From a virus (taxonomy: Duplodnaviria > Caudoviricetes), in the IMG/VR virus record IMGVR_UViG_3300020365_000106, positions 1-26,888 of that record: DNA of 26,888 bases; one strand, 5' to 3'. A model generated the notes under the pieces. It had not been told where the DNA came from, made no database searches, and saw only the letters and a list, made by a program, of their open reading frames with translations. Made by a program: the position numbers and the translations under genes. Shown here piece by piece: positions 8,305 to 15,692 of the stretch; position 1 is the stretch's first letter, and each line of letters begins with the position of its first letter.

Positions 8305-9016
8305 AAATGTAATTATTGCTGGGTTATTGATTGGTTCAGCACATGGAATGACAGTTCCAGCAAAAGCACATCATCCAGAATTAGATAATCCTGTTTCTTT
8401 TACTGATAAAATCACTAAGGGATATCATACTATGGATGCTATGGGATGTATGCTACTTAGGGAGTGTACTGATGGAGTCAATAAAGTCAAAAGTATCTCA
8501 GATATTGATGCTGAGTATCCCAATAGTGATTTTGGTTTTGTTACTAACGAGTTCAACTCAATTCTCTCCTCTCTTGATCGGATCGGAGTTGAAGTTTTTC
8601 TAGCAGATTCAAAATATTTTCCTATCGGACATAGGGGAGTTTATCATACTGTTTCTAATAACTTTTTTCTGAATCGCGCTTTTATGCATCGTCCTAGTAC
8701 TCTGATGAGTGTGATGCGTCATGAAGGATGGCATGCTGCCCAAGACTGTATGGCTGGTTCGATTGAAAATAATATGATCGCCATCATTCATAATGAAGAT
8801 GATGTTCCGAAGATTTGGCAGGATATTGCTACGAAGACTTACAAAGATATGCCTCATGCTATTCCCTGGGAAAAGGAAGCATTCTGGGCAGGTAAAACTC
8901 TTGGTATGACTCAAAAAGCACTCGATGCTTGTGCTGCAGGAAAAATGTGGGAAGTGTATGAACCAACACCAATGACTGGTGAGTGGTTGAGAGAAAATGG
9001 ATTTATGAATAAATGA
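8294..9016 (+). CDS. Exported zincin-like metallopeptidase
   Basis: Signal peptide, RHEGWHAAQDC (HExxH) and a downstream EKEA. Confidence 0.7.
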   Translation: MNLKNVIIAGLLIGSAHGMTVPAKAHHPELDNPVSFTDKITKGYHTMDAMGCMLLRECTDGVNKVKSISDIDAEYPNSDFGFVTNEFNSILSSLDRIGVEVFLADSKYFPIGHRGVYHTVSNNFFLNRAFMHRPSTLMSVMRHEGWHAAQDCMAGSIENNMIAIIHNEDDVPKIWQDIATKTYKDMPHAIPWEKEAFWAGKTLGMTQKALDACAAGKMWEVYEPTPMTGEWLRENGFMNK

Positions 9017-9019
9017 ATT

Positions 9020-9280
9020 ATGGATATCAAAGATAAGTTAGTTGCAGGTACATCTGTTTTAGCATTAGGTGCTAGTTCAGTTGTTGGTGGTAATATTGCT
9101 ATTGATAAAGCAACTGGTGGTGCTGAAAAGCGTAGAGATGAAACTGTCCAGGCAGTTCTTGAGGAAATCATGCCTATTGTAGATGCCAGGATACATCAAT
9201 TAGTACCTAAAACCTCAGGTTCAGTTGTTACGGATCAACCAGCACCTTCTGCTAATTATAGAAATAGGGTTCCAAAATGA
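9020..9280 (+). CDS. Hypothetical membrane-anchored protein
   Basis: 86-aa ORF with a hydrophobic N-terminal segment. Confidence 0.7.
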   Translation: MDIKDKLVAGTSVLALGASSVVGGNIAIDKATGGAEKRRDETVQAVLEEIMPIVDARIHQLVPKTSGSVVTDQPAPSANYRNRVPK

Positions 9281-10128
9281 TACCTGAAGTAGAACTTAAT
9301 AAAGTTAAAATAGGAAACATTGGAGTTCAAATCGGGGGTCGAATTAGACCCTCTTCTTTACGTAATATAGACATTCCAGATAATAATATTTGGGTTACTC
9401 AACCACCAAGTGTAATTCCCCCAGCTGTTCCAGTAACTGTGGATCTCGGAACACCAATTGTGAATATTCCTGGATGTGTTAATGTTCACAAAGAAAATGT
9501 AAAGCAAGCTTCTAAGAATAAGAACCTTGTTGATGATGACCCAAAAGGCAATACAACTCTTTGCGATGCGGGAGTACCTTCATATGCCCCTCTTGATTAT
9601 CAGGCGAATGAATTAACTTGGACTACAGTTACTCCAAAACAACCAGAACCCAAAGGTGTAGACTCAGGAACTCCTGAGGCACCGCCACTTCCTGCTACAC
9701 CATCACCTCCAGTTATTCCACCTAAAACTGCGGAACAAAAAAAATGCCCTGGACCAAAAGATCTCAGGGTTGGTGATTATTCTACTAGTGGTGATGAAAA
9801 GGTAATAGGTCACAGATGGAATGAGGATGAAACCATTTGTATTGTTGAATGGGGACCTGTTGGTATTACTGAAAAATATTTACCCGCACCTCAAACTGTA
9901 ACTACTACCGCGACAATCGCCGTAGTTGCGACGACTTCTGCACTGCTCGCAAAACCTCTTGCTGACCTCCTCCTGAGGATCGTGAAGCCTGTTGTGAAGA
10001 AAACTGTAGGTAAGGTGAAGAAGATCCTGGGTAAAGAAGATCCTGTGCAGTCCCTGGAGCAACGGAAGCTTGCTCAGAGGGATCGGAATCGCGCTTTGCG
10101 GGATTTGCGGAAGGCGTTGAAGAAGTAG
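9277..10128 (+). CDS. Proline-rich protein with C-terminal TM segment and basic tail
   Basis: ATGA overlap; Pro-rich linker, two Cys pairs, hydrophobic TATIAVVATTSALLA. Confidence 0.8.
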   Translation: MIPEVELNKVKIGNIGVQIGGRIRPSSLRNIDIPDNNIWVTQPPSVIPPAVPVTVDLGTPIVNIPGCVNVHKENVKQASKNKNLVDDDPKGNTTLCDAGVPSYAPLDYQANELTWTTVTPKQPEPKGVDSGTPEAPPLPATPSPPVIPPKTAEQKKCPGPKDLRVGDYSTSGDEKVIGHRWNEDETICIVEWGPVGITEKYLPAPQTVTTTATIAVVATTSALLAKPLADLLLRIVKPVVKKTVGKVKKILGKEDPVQSLEQRKLAQRDRNRALRDLRKALKK

Positions 10129-10915
10129 GTTGTGGTTGAATATGGTGTGTGTGATCTGGGATTTTACCTGATGGTGCATTAGTTACCATGACATCAGCAC
10201 AGATTGCTGCATATGGACTTCTGGGATGAAAGCGAATTCCCCTCATCATCAAATCTCCACAATTCTTCAATCTAGCTAATTCAAAATCTAATCTTTTATT
10301 GGCAGTTAATTGTTGTTGCATTGCAATTTGTGCTTGCGCTGCTTCATGACATTGCTTTTGAAACTTCCTATTCATTGGAATACTCAAAGTCGCAGACAAA
10401 CCTATATTAAAACTTTGATTTGCTTTCATATCTGTACGAACAGGTTTTTGCCAGACTACACTACCAGGATTATCTGGAATTCCGTCTGGTCCATCCTGAT
10501 CAATAGTGATTTCCATTGGATCACCGTCAGGAAACCAACGAACAGTTTCTCCAGCATCATTTACATAAGTTCTATCATCATACCAAGGTTCCCAGGGGTA
10601 ATTTCTTACTGTCGTTGATACTTCAGTAGTTCTACCTTCAAAATCAGTCATATCATACTGTGGTTCCATATAGAAATCTTCCCACGGATCTTTTCTACTA
10701 TCCGCAAATTGAAGATATGGTGTCACATTAAGAGTGCTCCCCTGACATTGAACACCTCCTCCATAAGTATTAGTGATGTATGGACCTTGTAAAACCTGAA
10801 TTGCCTGGTTGGTCACCGAACCTGAGCTATTCGCGATTGGATTAGCAGTCGCAGAAACACCACCTACACCTTGTGCAAGTGCTGCATTCGGACTCAGAAT
10901 ACTAAAAGAAGTTAT
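9905..10915 (-). CDS. Exported hypothetical protein (start uncertain)
   Basis: Long ORF with signal-like ...SILSPNAALA/QGVGG. No ATG/GTG/TTG was seen near the signal region; an in-frame ATA overlaps the upstream stop at 10915. Confidence 0.7.
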   Translation of the reverse strand: MTSFSILSPNAALAQGVGGVSATANPIANSSGSVTNQAIQVLQGPYITNTYGGGVQCQGSTLNVTPYLQFADSRKDPWEDFYMEPQYDMTDFEGRTTEVSTTVRNYPWEPWYDDRTYVNDAGETVRWFPDGDPMEITIDQDGPDGIPDNPGSVVWQKPVRTDMKANQSFNIGLSATLSIPMNRKFQKQCHEAAQAQIAMQQQLTANKRLDFELARLKNCGDLMMRGIRFHPRSPYAAICADVMVTNAPSGKIPDHTHHIQPQPTSSTPSANPAKRDSDPSEQASVAPGTAQDLLYPGSSSPYLQFSSQQASRSSGGGQQEVLRAVQKSSQLRRLSR

Positions 10916-11403
10916 TACTGCGTAAATGTACTTGTGGTATCGGTTACGCTTTCTATTACCGTTGTTCTTTGAATAATTGTTTGATTCGTCATTCCTGGTC
11001 CAGAATATGTCTGGGTGAACTGAAATGCTGCTCCAGGATCTGATATTGTGAATGCTGCTTGGTTTGAGAGATCTAACGAGTCGAATGAACTTGTTACTTG
11101 ACCTGTTACTTCTCCTGTAGCGCCAGTTGTTGCTGGCGCTACATTCACTGTTGATGTGTTCGTTGTTGGATTGAGTCTTTCTCCCCCATTGGAGACGCCC
11201 ACTCCTGATACTGAGTATTCCCATCCTGTTCTAAAATCCACGCTATTAATAGTTTCAGTCACGGTTGAGGTTGTTTCCGTGTGGCTCGTCATGGAGCCCT
11301 GTGTGAAGTTTGGGACAACGGGGACTGCCTGGGCAGTGGCACCTAAACTTAGGATTGCCGCTGCACTCGTCACAGTAGACATTATAGTCCGCCCAAAATT
11401 CAT
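10915..11403 (-). CDS. Exported Thr/Ser-rich beta-strand protein
   Basis: Signal peptide ending AQA/VPVVPNF; ATG 11403 with GGAG upstream. Confidence 0.8.
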   Translation of the reverse strand: MNFGRTIMSTVTSAAAILSLGATAQAVPVVPNFTQGSMTSHTETTSTVTETINSVDFRTGWEYSVSGVGVSNGGERLNPTTNTSTVNVAPATTGATGEVTGQVTSSFDSLDLSNQAAFTISDPGAAFQFTQTYSGPGMTNQTIIQRTTVIESVTDTTSTFTQ

Positions 11404-11436
11404 TCTTTTTACTCTCCATACTAGCACAGAAATGCT

Positions 11437-11943
11437 TTATCGTATAGTCAATTCTGTAACAAATTGACCTGTAACGCTTGTACCAGCTCCACCTGGAGTT
11501 AAAGTACCAAATCCATGCTTACTGGTGACGCTACCAGCAAGGTCGCCAGCAGTTCCAGCCGCAGTAGAAATCTGATTACTGTATGCACTAACGGCACCTG
11601 TAGCAGGTGCAGAAGTGACAATAGTATCTCCTGCAGTATATGAAGCACTATATGAATATGCTTCACCAGCAGTTGCTTGTGATGCAGTGATGGCAGTTAC
11701 ATCAAACTGTCCATCAGAACCAACACCAATCTTGGCAACAGCACTTACATCTGCTGTTCCATTATTGTATGTTGTTGTAACATTGCTGCCAGAGGTACTA
11801 AAGGTGTTACCCATTCTAGTTGCCTGAGTTGCTGCAGCATTGACAGTCAACTGAACACTTGACTGTAGTTTATGTGTTATGTCCGCATGTGCTGCACTTG
11901 CTGTTCCTAACAAGAGCAGTGCAATGGGTAAAAACCTTGTCAT
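11437..11943 (-). CDS. Exported Thr/Ser/Ala/Gly-rich protein
   Basis: Signal peptide MTRFLPIALLLLGTASAAHA; GAGG RBS; CTAAATA late-like motif upstream. Confidence 0.85.
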   Translation of the reverse strand: MTRFLPIALLLLGTASAAHADITHKLQSSVQLTVNAAATQATRMGNTFSTSGSNVTTTYNNGTADVSAVAKIGVGSDGQFDVTAITASQATAGEAYSYSASYTAGDTIVTSAPATGAVSAYSNQISTAAGTAGDLAGSVTSKHGFGTLTPGGAGTSVTGQFVTELTIR

Positions 11944-12043
11944 TCTTTTACCTCTTGTGATCAGCTTTATTTAGTGATTAAAGATTTGCATAATGCAATA
12001 CAGAATTATATGTGTTATAATATAGTATAGTCTATGTAAAAAA

Positions 12044-12262
12044 ATGGCTCAATCTACTGAACAACAAAAACAACATTTGGATTCTGCTGTTGAGCAGCAG
12101 CAAATGTTGCTGAACGAGATTCAAGAATTACAAAATCAAATTAATCAGAAGAGAGAAGTTGTACTAAAAGTACAAGGCGTTATTGAATATCTGCAACAAG
12201 TTGTAGAAGCACCTGAACCTGTTGTAGTTCCTGAAACAACAACTGAAGGAGATGCTGAATGA
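12044..12262 (+). CDS. Hypothetical coiled-coil protein
   Basis: Gln-rich heptads; extended -10 TGtTATAAT near 12013-12021. Confidence 0.75.
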   Translation: MAQSTEQQKQHLDSAVEQQQMLLNEIQELQNQINQKREVVLKVQGVIEYLQQVVEAPEPVVVPETTTEGDAE

Positions 12263-12909
12263 AAATCTTTCTAGACACTGCAGATGTAAATGAAATCCGT
12301 GAGGGATGGGAGTCTGGAATTATTGATGGTATTACCACTAATCCTACACTAATCCGTAAGAGTGGTAGAGATCCTGAAGAAGTTTATCAGGAACTTATTG
12401 ATATGGGCATCAATGATGTCAGCATGGAAGTCGTAGGAGACTATGCTACAATGGTTGATGAAGGTGCTCGCCTTGCCCGCAAATTTGGTAAATCAGCAAC
12501 TATTAAAGTTCCTTGTACTCCAGATGGTTTGCGTGTTTGTAGAACACTTTCAAGAGATCTGATCAGTGTAAATGTAACTCTAATCTTTTCTCCTGCACAA
12601 GCAATTCTTGCTGCAAAGAGTGGTGCGAAATATGTATCACCATTTGTAGGTAGAGTTGACGATAACTCATATTCTGGTCTTTCTCTTGTGGAGCAGATCG
12701 CTAAAGTATATGATGTGCAGGGTATCAATAAAACAGAAGTTCTTGCAGCATCCATTCGTGATGTAAAAGCAGTATCTGATTGTTTTGCTGTTGGAGCTAA
12801 TGTTGTTACAATGCCACCAAAAGTATTTCACAAAATGTACGAACATGTATTGACTGATAAAGGTCTATACCTATTCGATTTGGATTTTGCTCAGATTGTC
12901 AAAAAGTAG
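12259..12909 (+). CDS. talC: Transaldolase (TalC/FSA family)
   Basis: MKIFLDTA, GITTNPTL, IKVP, NVTLIFS, YVSPFVGR and LAASIR motifs. Confidence 0.96.
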   Translation: MKIFLDTADVNEIREGWESGIIDGITTNPTLIRKSGRDPEEVYQELIDMGINDVSMEVVGDYATMVDEGARLARKFGKSATIKVPCTPDGLRVCRTLSRDLISVNVTLIFSPAQAILAAKSGAKYVSPFVGRVDDNSYSGLSLVEQIAKVYDVQGINKTEVLAASIRDVKAVSDCFAVGANVVTMPPKVFHKMYEHVLTDKGLYLFDLDFAQIVKK

Positions 12910-12924
12910 AAATAACCGAACTAC

Positions 12925-12958
12925 TTGACGAAAGCTTAAGTAAAGGTTATAATAAATA
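12925..12958 (+). promoter_or_regulatory. Sigma70 promoter TTGACG-N17-TATAAT overlapping late motif AATAAATA
   Basis: -35 at 12925-12930, -10 at 12948-12953, late motif at 12951-12958. Confidence 0.75.
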
Positions 12959-13085
12959 CCTACTCATAGAGGACGCTCTATGCGCCCCCTAATCCGAATT
13001 CCGCAAATTTGAGCTAGGATAGAGTAGGGATATTACGGAATCATGTCGAGATTCCTATCATCCGTAGGTTAAACTCTACGAGTTC
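12959..13085 (+). ncRNA. Candidate structured 5' leader RNA of the OMP gene
   Basis: Stems CCTACTC/GAGTAGG, CATAGAG/CTCTATG, GGAATC/GATTCC and CGTAG/CTACG. Confidence 0.55.
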
Positions 13086-13101
13086 ACTCAAAAGGAAAAA
13101 A

Positions 13102-13482
13102 ATGTTTACTAAATCTATTTTCGCAGCCATTGCTGCAGCCCCCCTGTTCGCTGGTGCCGCTTTCGCAGGTCCCTATGTCAATGTGGAAGTCAATGCAGGT
13201 TGGACGGGCGATGACTACACTGGGGCAACTACAGATGCTCATGTAGGTTTTGAAGGACCTCTAGGCGAAGACGGTGCTTCCTACTATGTGCAGGGCGGAC
13301 CTGCTATCGTATCTGTAGATGGCGAAGAGCTTTCTACTCGTTTCTCTGGTAAAGCAGGTGTTGGCGTTCCCGTCACGGATGCGCTTGGTCTCTATGGTGA
13401 AGTCAGTTTCATCACTGCTGAAGAAGAGTTCCTAGATGATCTGGGAGTAGGCGGTAAACTGGGTGTGAAGTACAACTTCTGA
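13102..13482 (+). CDS. Small outer-membrane beta-barrel protein (cyanobacterial/cyanophage OMP)
   Basis: Signal peptide ending AFA, alternating beta-strands, C-terminal GVKYNF signal; AAGGA RBS. Confidence 0.85.
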   Translation: MFTKSIFAAIAAAPLFAGAAFAGPYVNVEVNAGWTGDDYTGATTDAHVGFEGPLGEDGASYYVQGGPAIVSVDGEELSTRFSGKAGVGVPVTDALGLYGEVSFITAEEEFLDDLGVGGKLGVKYNF

Positions 13483-13498
13483 TAATAATATAAAAATT

Positions 13499-13527
13499 AG
13501 ATCCCCCCTTGCAGGGGATCTTTTTTT
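13499..13527 (+). terminator. Intrinsic terminator
   Basis: AGATCCCC/GGGGATCT stem followed by a T run. Confidence 0.85.
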
Positions 13528-13537
13528 ATGCTATACT
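13509..13537 (+). promoter_or_regulatory. Sigma70-like promoter TTGCAG-N17-TATACT with extended -10
   Basis: The -35 lies in the terminator loop; TGcTATACT at 13529-13537. Confidence 0.55.
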
Positions 13538-13562
13538 TTATCAGTAATCAAGGGCACAGAAC

Positions 13563-13745
13563 TTGAAAGACCTCGATCTATCAAAACAGTTTGAATATCA
13601 AAAGCTTGTCAGAGAAATAGATCAATGCTATGATATAGATCAACTGAAAGAACTTTTTAAAGAATGGTTAGAGGTTCAGTTCAAAAAAGACAAGGTCATG
13701 CAGGACCTGCTCTTAGATACTATGAAAGATTTGTATTCTGAATGA
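13563..13745 (+). CDS. nblA: NblA-like phycobilisome degradation protein
   Basis: 60-aa two-helix protein. LDLSKQFEYQKLVREIDQC.DIDQLKEL resembles the NblA L.LEQQF...F...V..M..EQA pattern. TTG start. Confidence 0.65.
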   Translation: MKDLDLSKQFEYQKLVREIDQCYDIDQLKELFKEWLEVQFKKDKVMQDLLLDTMKDLYSE

Positions 13746-13922
13746 ATGGAAGTATTTACTCTTAAAGAATGGGAAGAAAACTTTGATGCATTATTCAAAA
13801 GAGTTGAAGAAGGAGAGACGATAGGTATTGTGAGAGAAGACGGAAAAGCAGCAGTATTCATGCCTTCTGATGAAGCAGAGTTTCTGCGAATACATACAAC
13901 AGATAATAACGACGCTGATTGA
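13746..13922 (+). CDS. Phd/YefM antitoxin-like protein (58 aa; not in the ORF track)
   Basis: MEVFTLKEWEENFDALFKRVEEGETIGIVREDGKAAVFMPSDEAEFLRIHTTDNNDAD fits the Phd beta-alpha-alpha-beta-beta pattern. Confidence 0.7.
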   Translation: MEVFTLKEWEENFDALFKRVEEGETIGIVREDGKAAVFMPSDEAEFLRIHTTDNNDAD

Positions 13923-13929
13923 TGTATTT

Positions 13930-14001
13930 GGGAGCATAGCTTAACGGTTAGAGCGGGCTCCTTATAAGGGCTTAGTCTGGGTTCAATTCCCAGTGTTCCC
14001 A
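13930..14001 (+). tRNA. tRNA-Ile (UAU)
   Basis: Acceptor GGGAGCA/TGTTCCC, anticodon loop CTTATAA, T-loop GTTCAATTC; no encoded CCA. Confidence 0.85.
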
Positions 14002-14004
14002 TCC

Positions 14005-14077
14005 GCTTCCTTAGCAATCTGGTGAATGCAGCAAACTCATAATTTGCCTAAGGAGAGTTCGATCCTCTCAGGAAGCA
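14005..14077 (+). tRNA. tRNA with CAU anticodon (elongator Met or Ile2)
   Basis: Acceptor GCTTCCT/AGGAAGC; stem GCAAA-CTCATAA-TTTGC; paired 1:72 and no triple G-C pairs, so not an initiator. Confidence 0.9.
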
Positions 14078-14087
14078 CCTAATGCAT

Positions 14088-14161
<74 letters not shown>

Positions 14162-14305
14162 CTAACGGACTGGTATACATCCGTGCTCACATCTCCGAGA
14201 GAAAAAAGAATCGGAACAACAACCCATGTGAGAGAGAGGTGGGATCCCTCTTGGACCCTGTTACTGGATGATCAACTGATCACTGATCATCGGTAACAGT
14301 ATTCT
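14162..14305 (+). ncRNA. Structured ncRNA between tRNAs, candidate manA RNA motif
   Basis: Five or more nested stems and a potential pseudoknot. manA RNAs are known from cyanophages next to tRNAs; the family call is from memory. Confidence 0.55.
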
Positions 14306-14308
14306 CAA

Positions 14309-14380
14309 TCCTCAGTAGCTCAGCGGCAGAGCCATCGACTGTTAATCGATTGGTCGTAGGTTCAAATCCTACCTGGGGAG
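14309..14380 (+). tRNA. tRNA-Asn (GUU)
   Basis: Acceptor TCCTCAG/CTGGGGA; ATCGA-CTGTTAA-TCGAT. Confidence 0.95.
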
Positions 14381-14389
14381 TGATTTTTT

Positions 14390-14474
14390 GGGAGTATGGC
14401 GGAATCGGTAGACGCACCAGACTTAAAATCTGTTGGGCATTATGCCCGTGGGAGTTCAAGTCTCCCTACTCCTA
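14390..14474 (+). tRNA. tRNA-Leu (UAA)
   Basis: Acceptor GGGAGTA/TACTCCT; loop CTTAAAA; long variable arm GGGCAT-T-ATGCCC. Confidence 0.95.
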
Positions 14475-14516
14475 TTAGTTTATATGGTTAAAATCAAATT
14501 AACCGTGCTATAATAT

Positions 14517-14540
14517 GGGGGACTTCGGTCCTCCTTTTTT
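14517..14540 (+). terminator. Intrinsic terminator after the tRNA cluster
   Basis: GGGGGAC-TTCG-GTCCTCC plus T6. Confidence 0.75.
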
Positions 14541-14541
14541 A

Positions 14542-14724
14542 ATGCGCTACCTTCTCCACCCCCTCACGGTGATGAACCTAATGATCTGTGGATCTTTGGG
14601 AATTATACAGTCACTGCATACACATGCACACCATACTATGGAACACGATGTAGATAGTTATGTCACAGCGTTTCTCAAAACTAATCAAGAATTTTTGGAA
14701 AGTAAGTGTTACGACCTTGAGTAA
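14542..14724 (+). CDS. Hypothetical small membrane protein with a His-rich segment
   Basis: ATG 14542 (MRYLLHP...); hydrophobic segment followed by HTHAHH. Confidence 0.6.
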   Translation: MRYLLHPLTVMNLMICGSLGIIQSLHTHAHHTMEHDVDSYVTAFLKTNQEFLESKCYDLE

Positions 14725-14798
14725 GATACCAGAGAGGCACTTGCTGCCGTTGACACGATTGAAACTCTAAACTGAGTTACTACTATATAATATGAAGG

Positions 14799-14826
14799 AA
14801 AAGGGGGGACGAGTTTCCCCCTTTTT
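14799..14826. terminator. Bidirectional terminator-like hairpin
   Basis: AAAAGGGGGGAC-GAGT-TTCCCCCTTTTT. Confidence 0.65.
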
Positions 14827-14849
14827 AAGTCTTGTTTAATAGTAACACC

Positions 14850-15104
14850 ATGGACAATATTAGAGTAAGGTGTGGTGCCTGTAATAAAGAATTAGAATCA
14901 ATAAGTGGCAAAACCGTATGTTGTGGTTGCCCTAATATGACGAGTCTGAGAGGAGATCGTATATCTGCTAAAGATATGGGACAAGTAATTATGCTTAATT
15001 ATCCCAACAAAACTGCTAAAGATGCGTTATCAAATCAAGATTTAATGTGGCAAGAAGAGCGTCGTAAGCGTAAAGTGCGTCGTTTAGACTTTGAAATTAG
15101 ATAA
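14850..15104 (+). CDS. Zinc-ribbon hypothetical protein with basic C-terminus
   Basis: CGAC...CCGC; ATG 14850. Confidence 0.75.
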   Translation: MDNIRVRCGACNKELESISGKTVCCGCPNMTSLRGDRISAKDMGQVIMLNYPNKTAKDALSNQDLMWQEERRKRKVRRLDFEIR

Positions 15105-15178
15105 ATAAAAATACTTGGATCAACAACTCACCTGTAGCTTTAGTGGGGAGGTTCAAGGGAAGAATTTTTAAAACCTAA

Positions 15179-15343
15179 ATGAATAACAAAAGCTCTATCG
15201 AGTCTGAAATACGAGAGGTCCATGCAAGATTGGACGCAATCGAAAGAAAGCAAGATATGTTGCGAAAGTTATATCAACAAACCAGGGAACACGATCAAAG
15301 ATATGTTCATCGTCCATTTGGACACAAATTTGAATTAACATAG
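15179..15343 (+). CDS. Small coiled-coil hypothetical protein (54 aa; not in the ORF track)
   Basis: MNNKSSIESEIREVHARLDAIERKQDMLRKLYQQ...; late motif GATAAATA at 15100-15107. Confidence 0.6.
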   Translation: MNNKSSIESEIREVHARLDAIERKQDMLRKLYQQTREHDQRYVHRPFGHKFELT

Positions 15344-15384
15344 TATTTGAAGTATAATTAGAGATATACTCCGTAGTTTTAAAC

Positions 15385-15645
15385 ATGGCTCATCGTTTCG
15401 ATCAGATTAACCCTGAGCACTGCTATACTAAACAAGAAGTTGATCGTCTAGTAAAAGAATCTATTGAAGAAGCTATGCGAAAGCATAATCGCACAGCAAG
15501 TCTTATTAGTGCAATTTTGGGATCGATATGCCTTGCCTTATTTTTAGATGGCACTCTTCGCCTTCTAGGAATCATTCCACCATTCATGGATATTGATATC
15601 AGCATCATTAATAAACTTACAGAAATCCTTCGCGAAACTGCTTGA
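15385..15645 (+). CDS. Hypothetical membrane protein
   Basis: 86 aa with TM segment ASLISAILGSICLALFL. Confidence 0.75.
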   Translation: MAHRFDQINPEHCYTKQEVDRLVKESIEEAMRKHNRTASLISAILGSICLALFLDGTLRLLGIIPPFMDIDISIINKLTEILRETA

Positions 15646-15670
15646 CTAGATAAGGTACTTCCTTTATAAT
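15642..15670 (+). promoter_or_regulatory. Sigma70 (early) promoter TTGACT-N17-TATAAT
   Basis: Near-consensus boxes with 17-nt spacing. Confidence 0.8.
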
Positions 15671-15692
15671 ATACAGGTAAACAAACGGAGCA

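Noticed and set aside
10920-10980. Canonical -1 slippery heptamer at the gene junction
   Set aside because: No X XXY YYZ heptamer was found by eye, so a frameshift remains unsupported.
13676-14017. 113-aa minus-strand ORF
   Set aside because: It is the antisense shadow of tRNA-Ile and the Phd-like and NblA-like genes.
14750-14790. TTGACA-based promoter upstream of 14850
   Set aside because: No acceptable -10 lies 16-18 nt from TTGACA.
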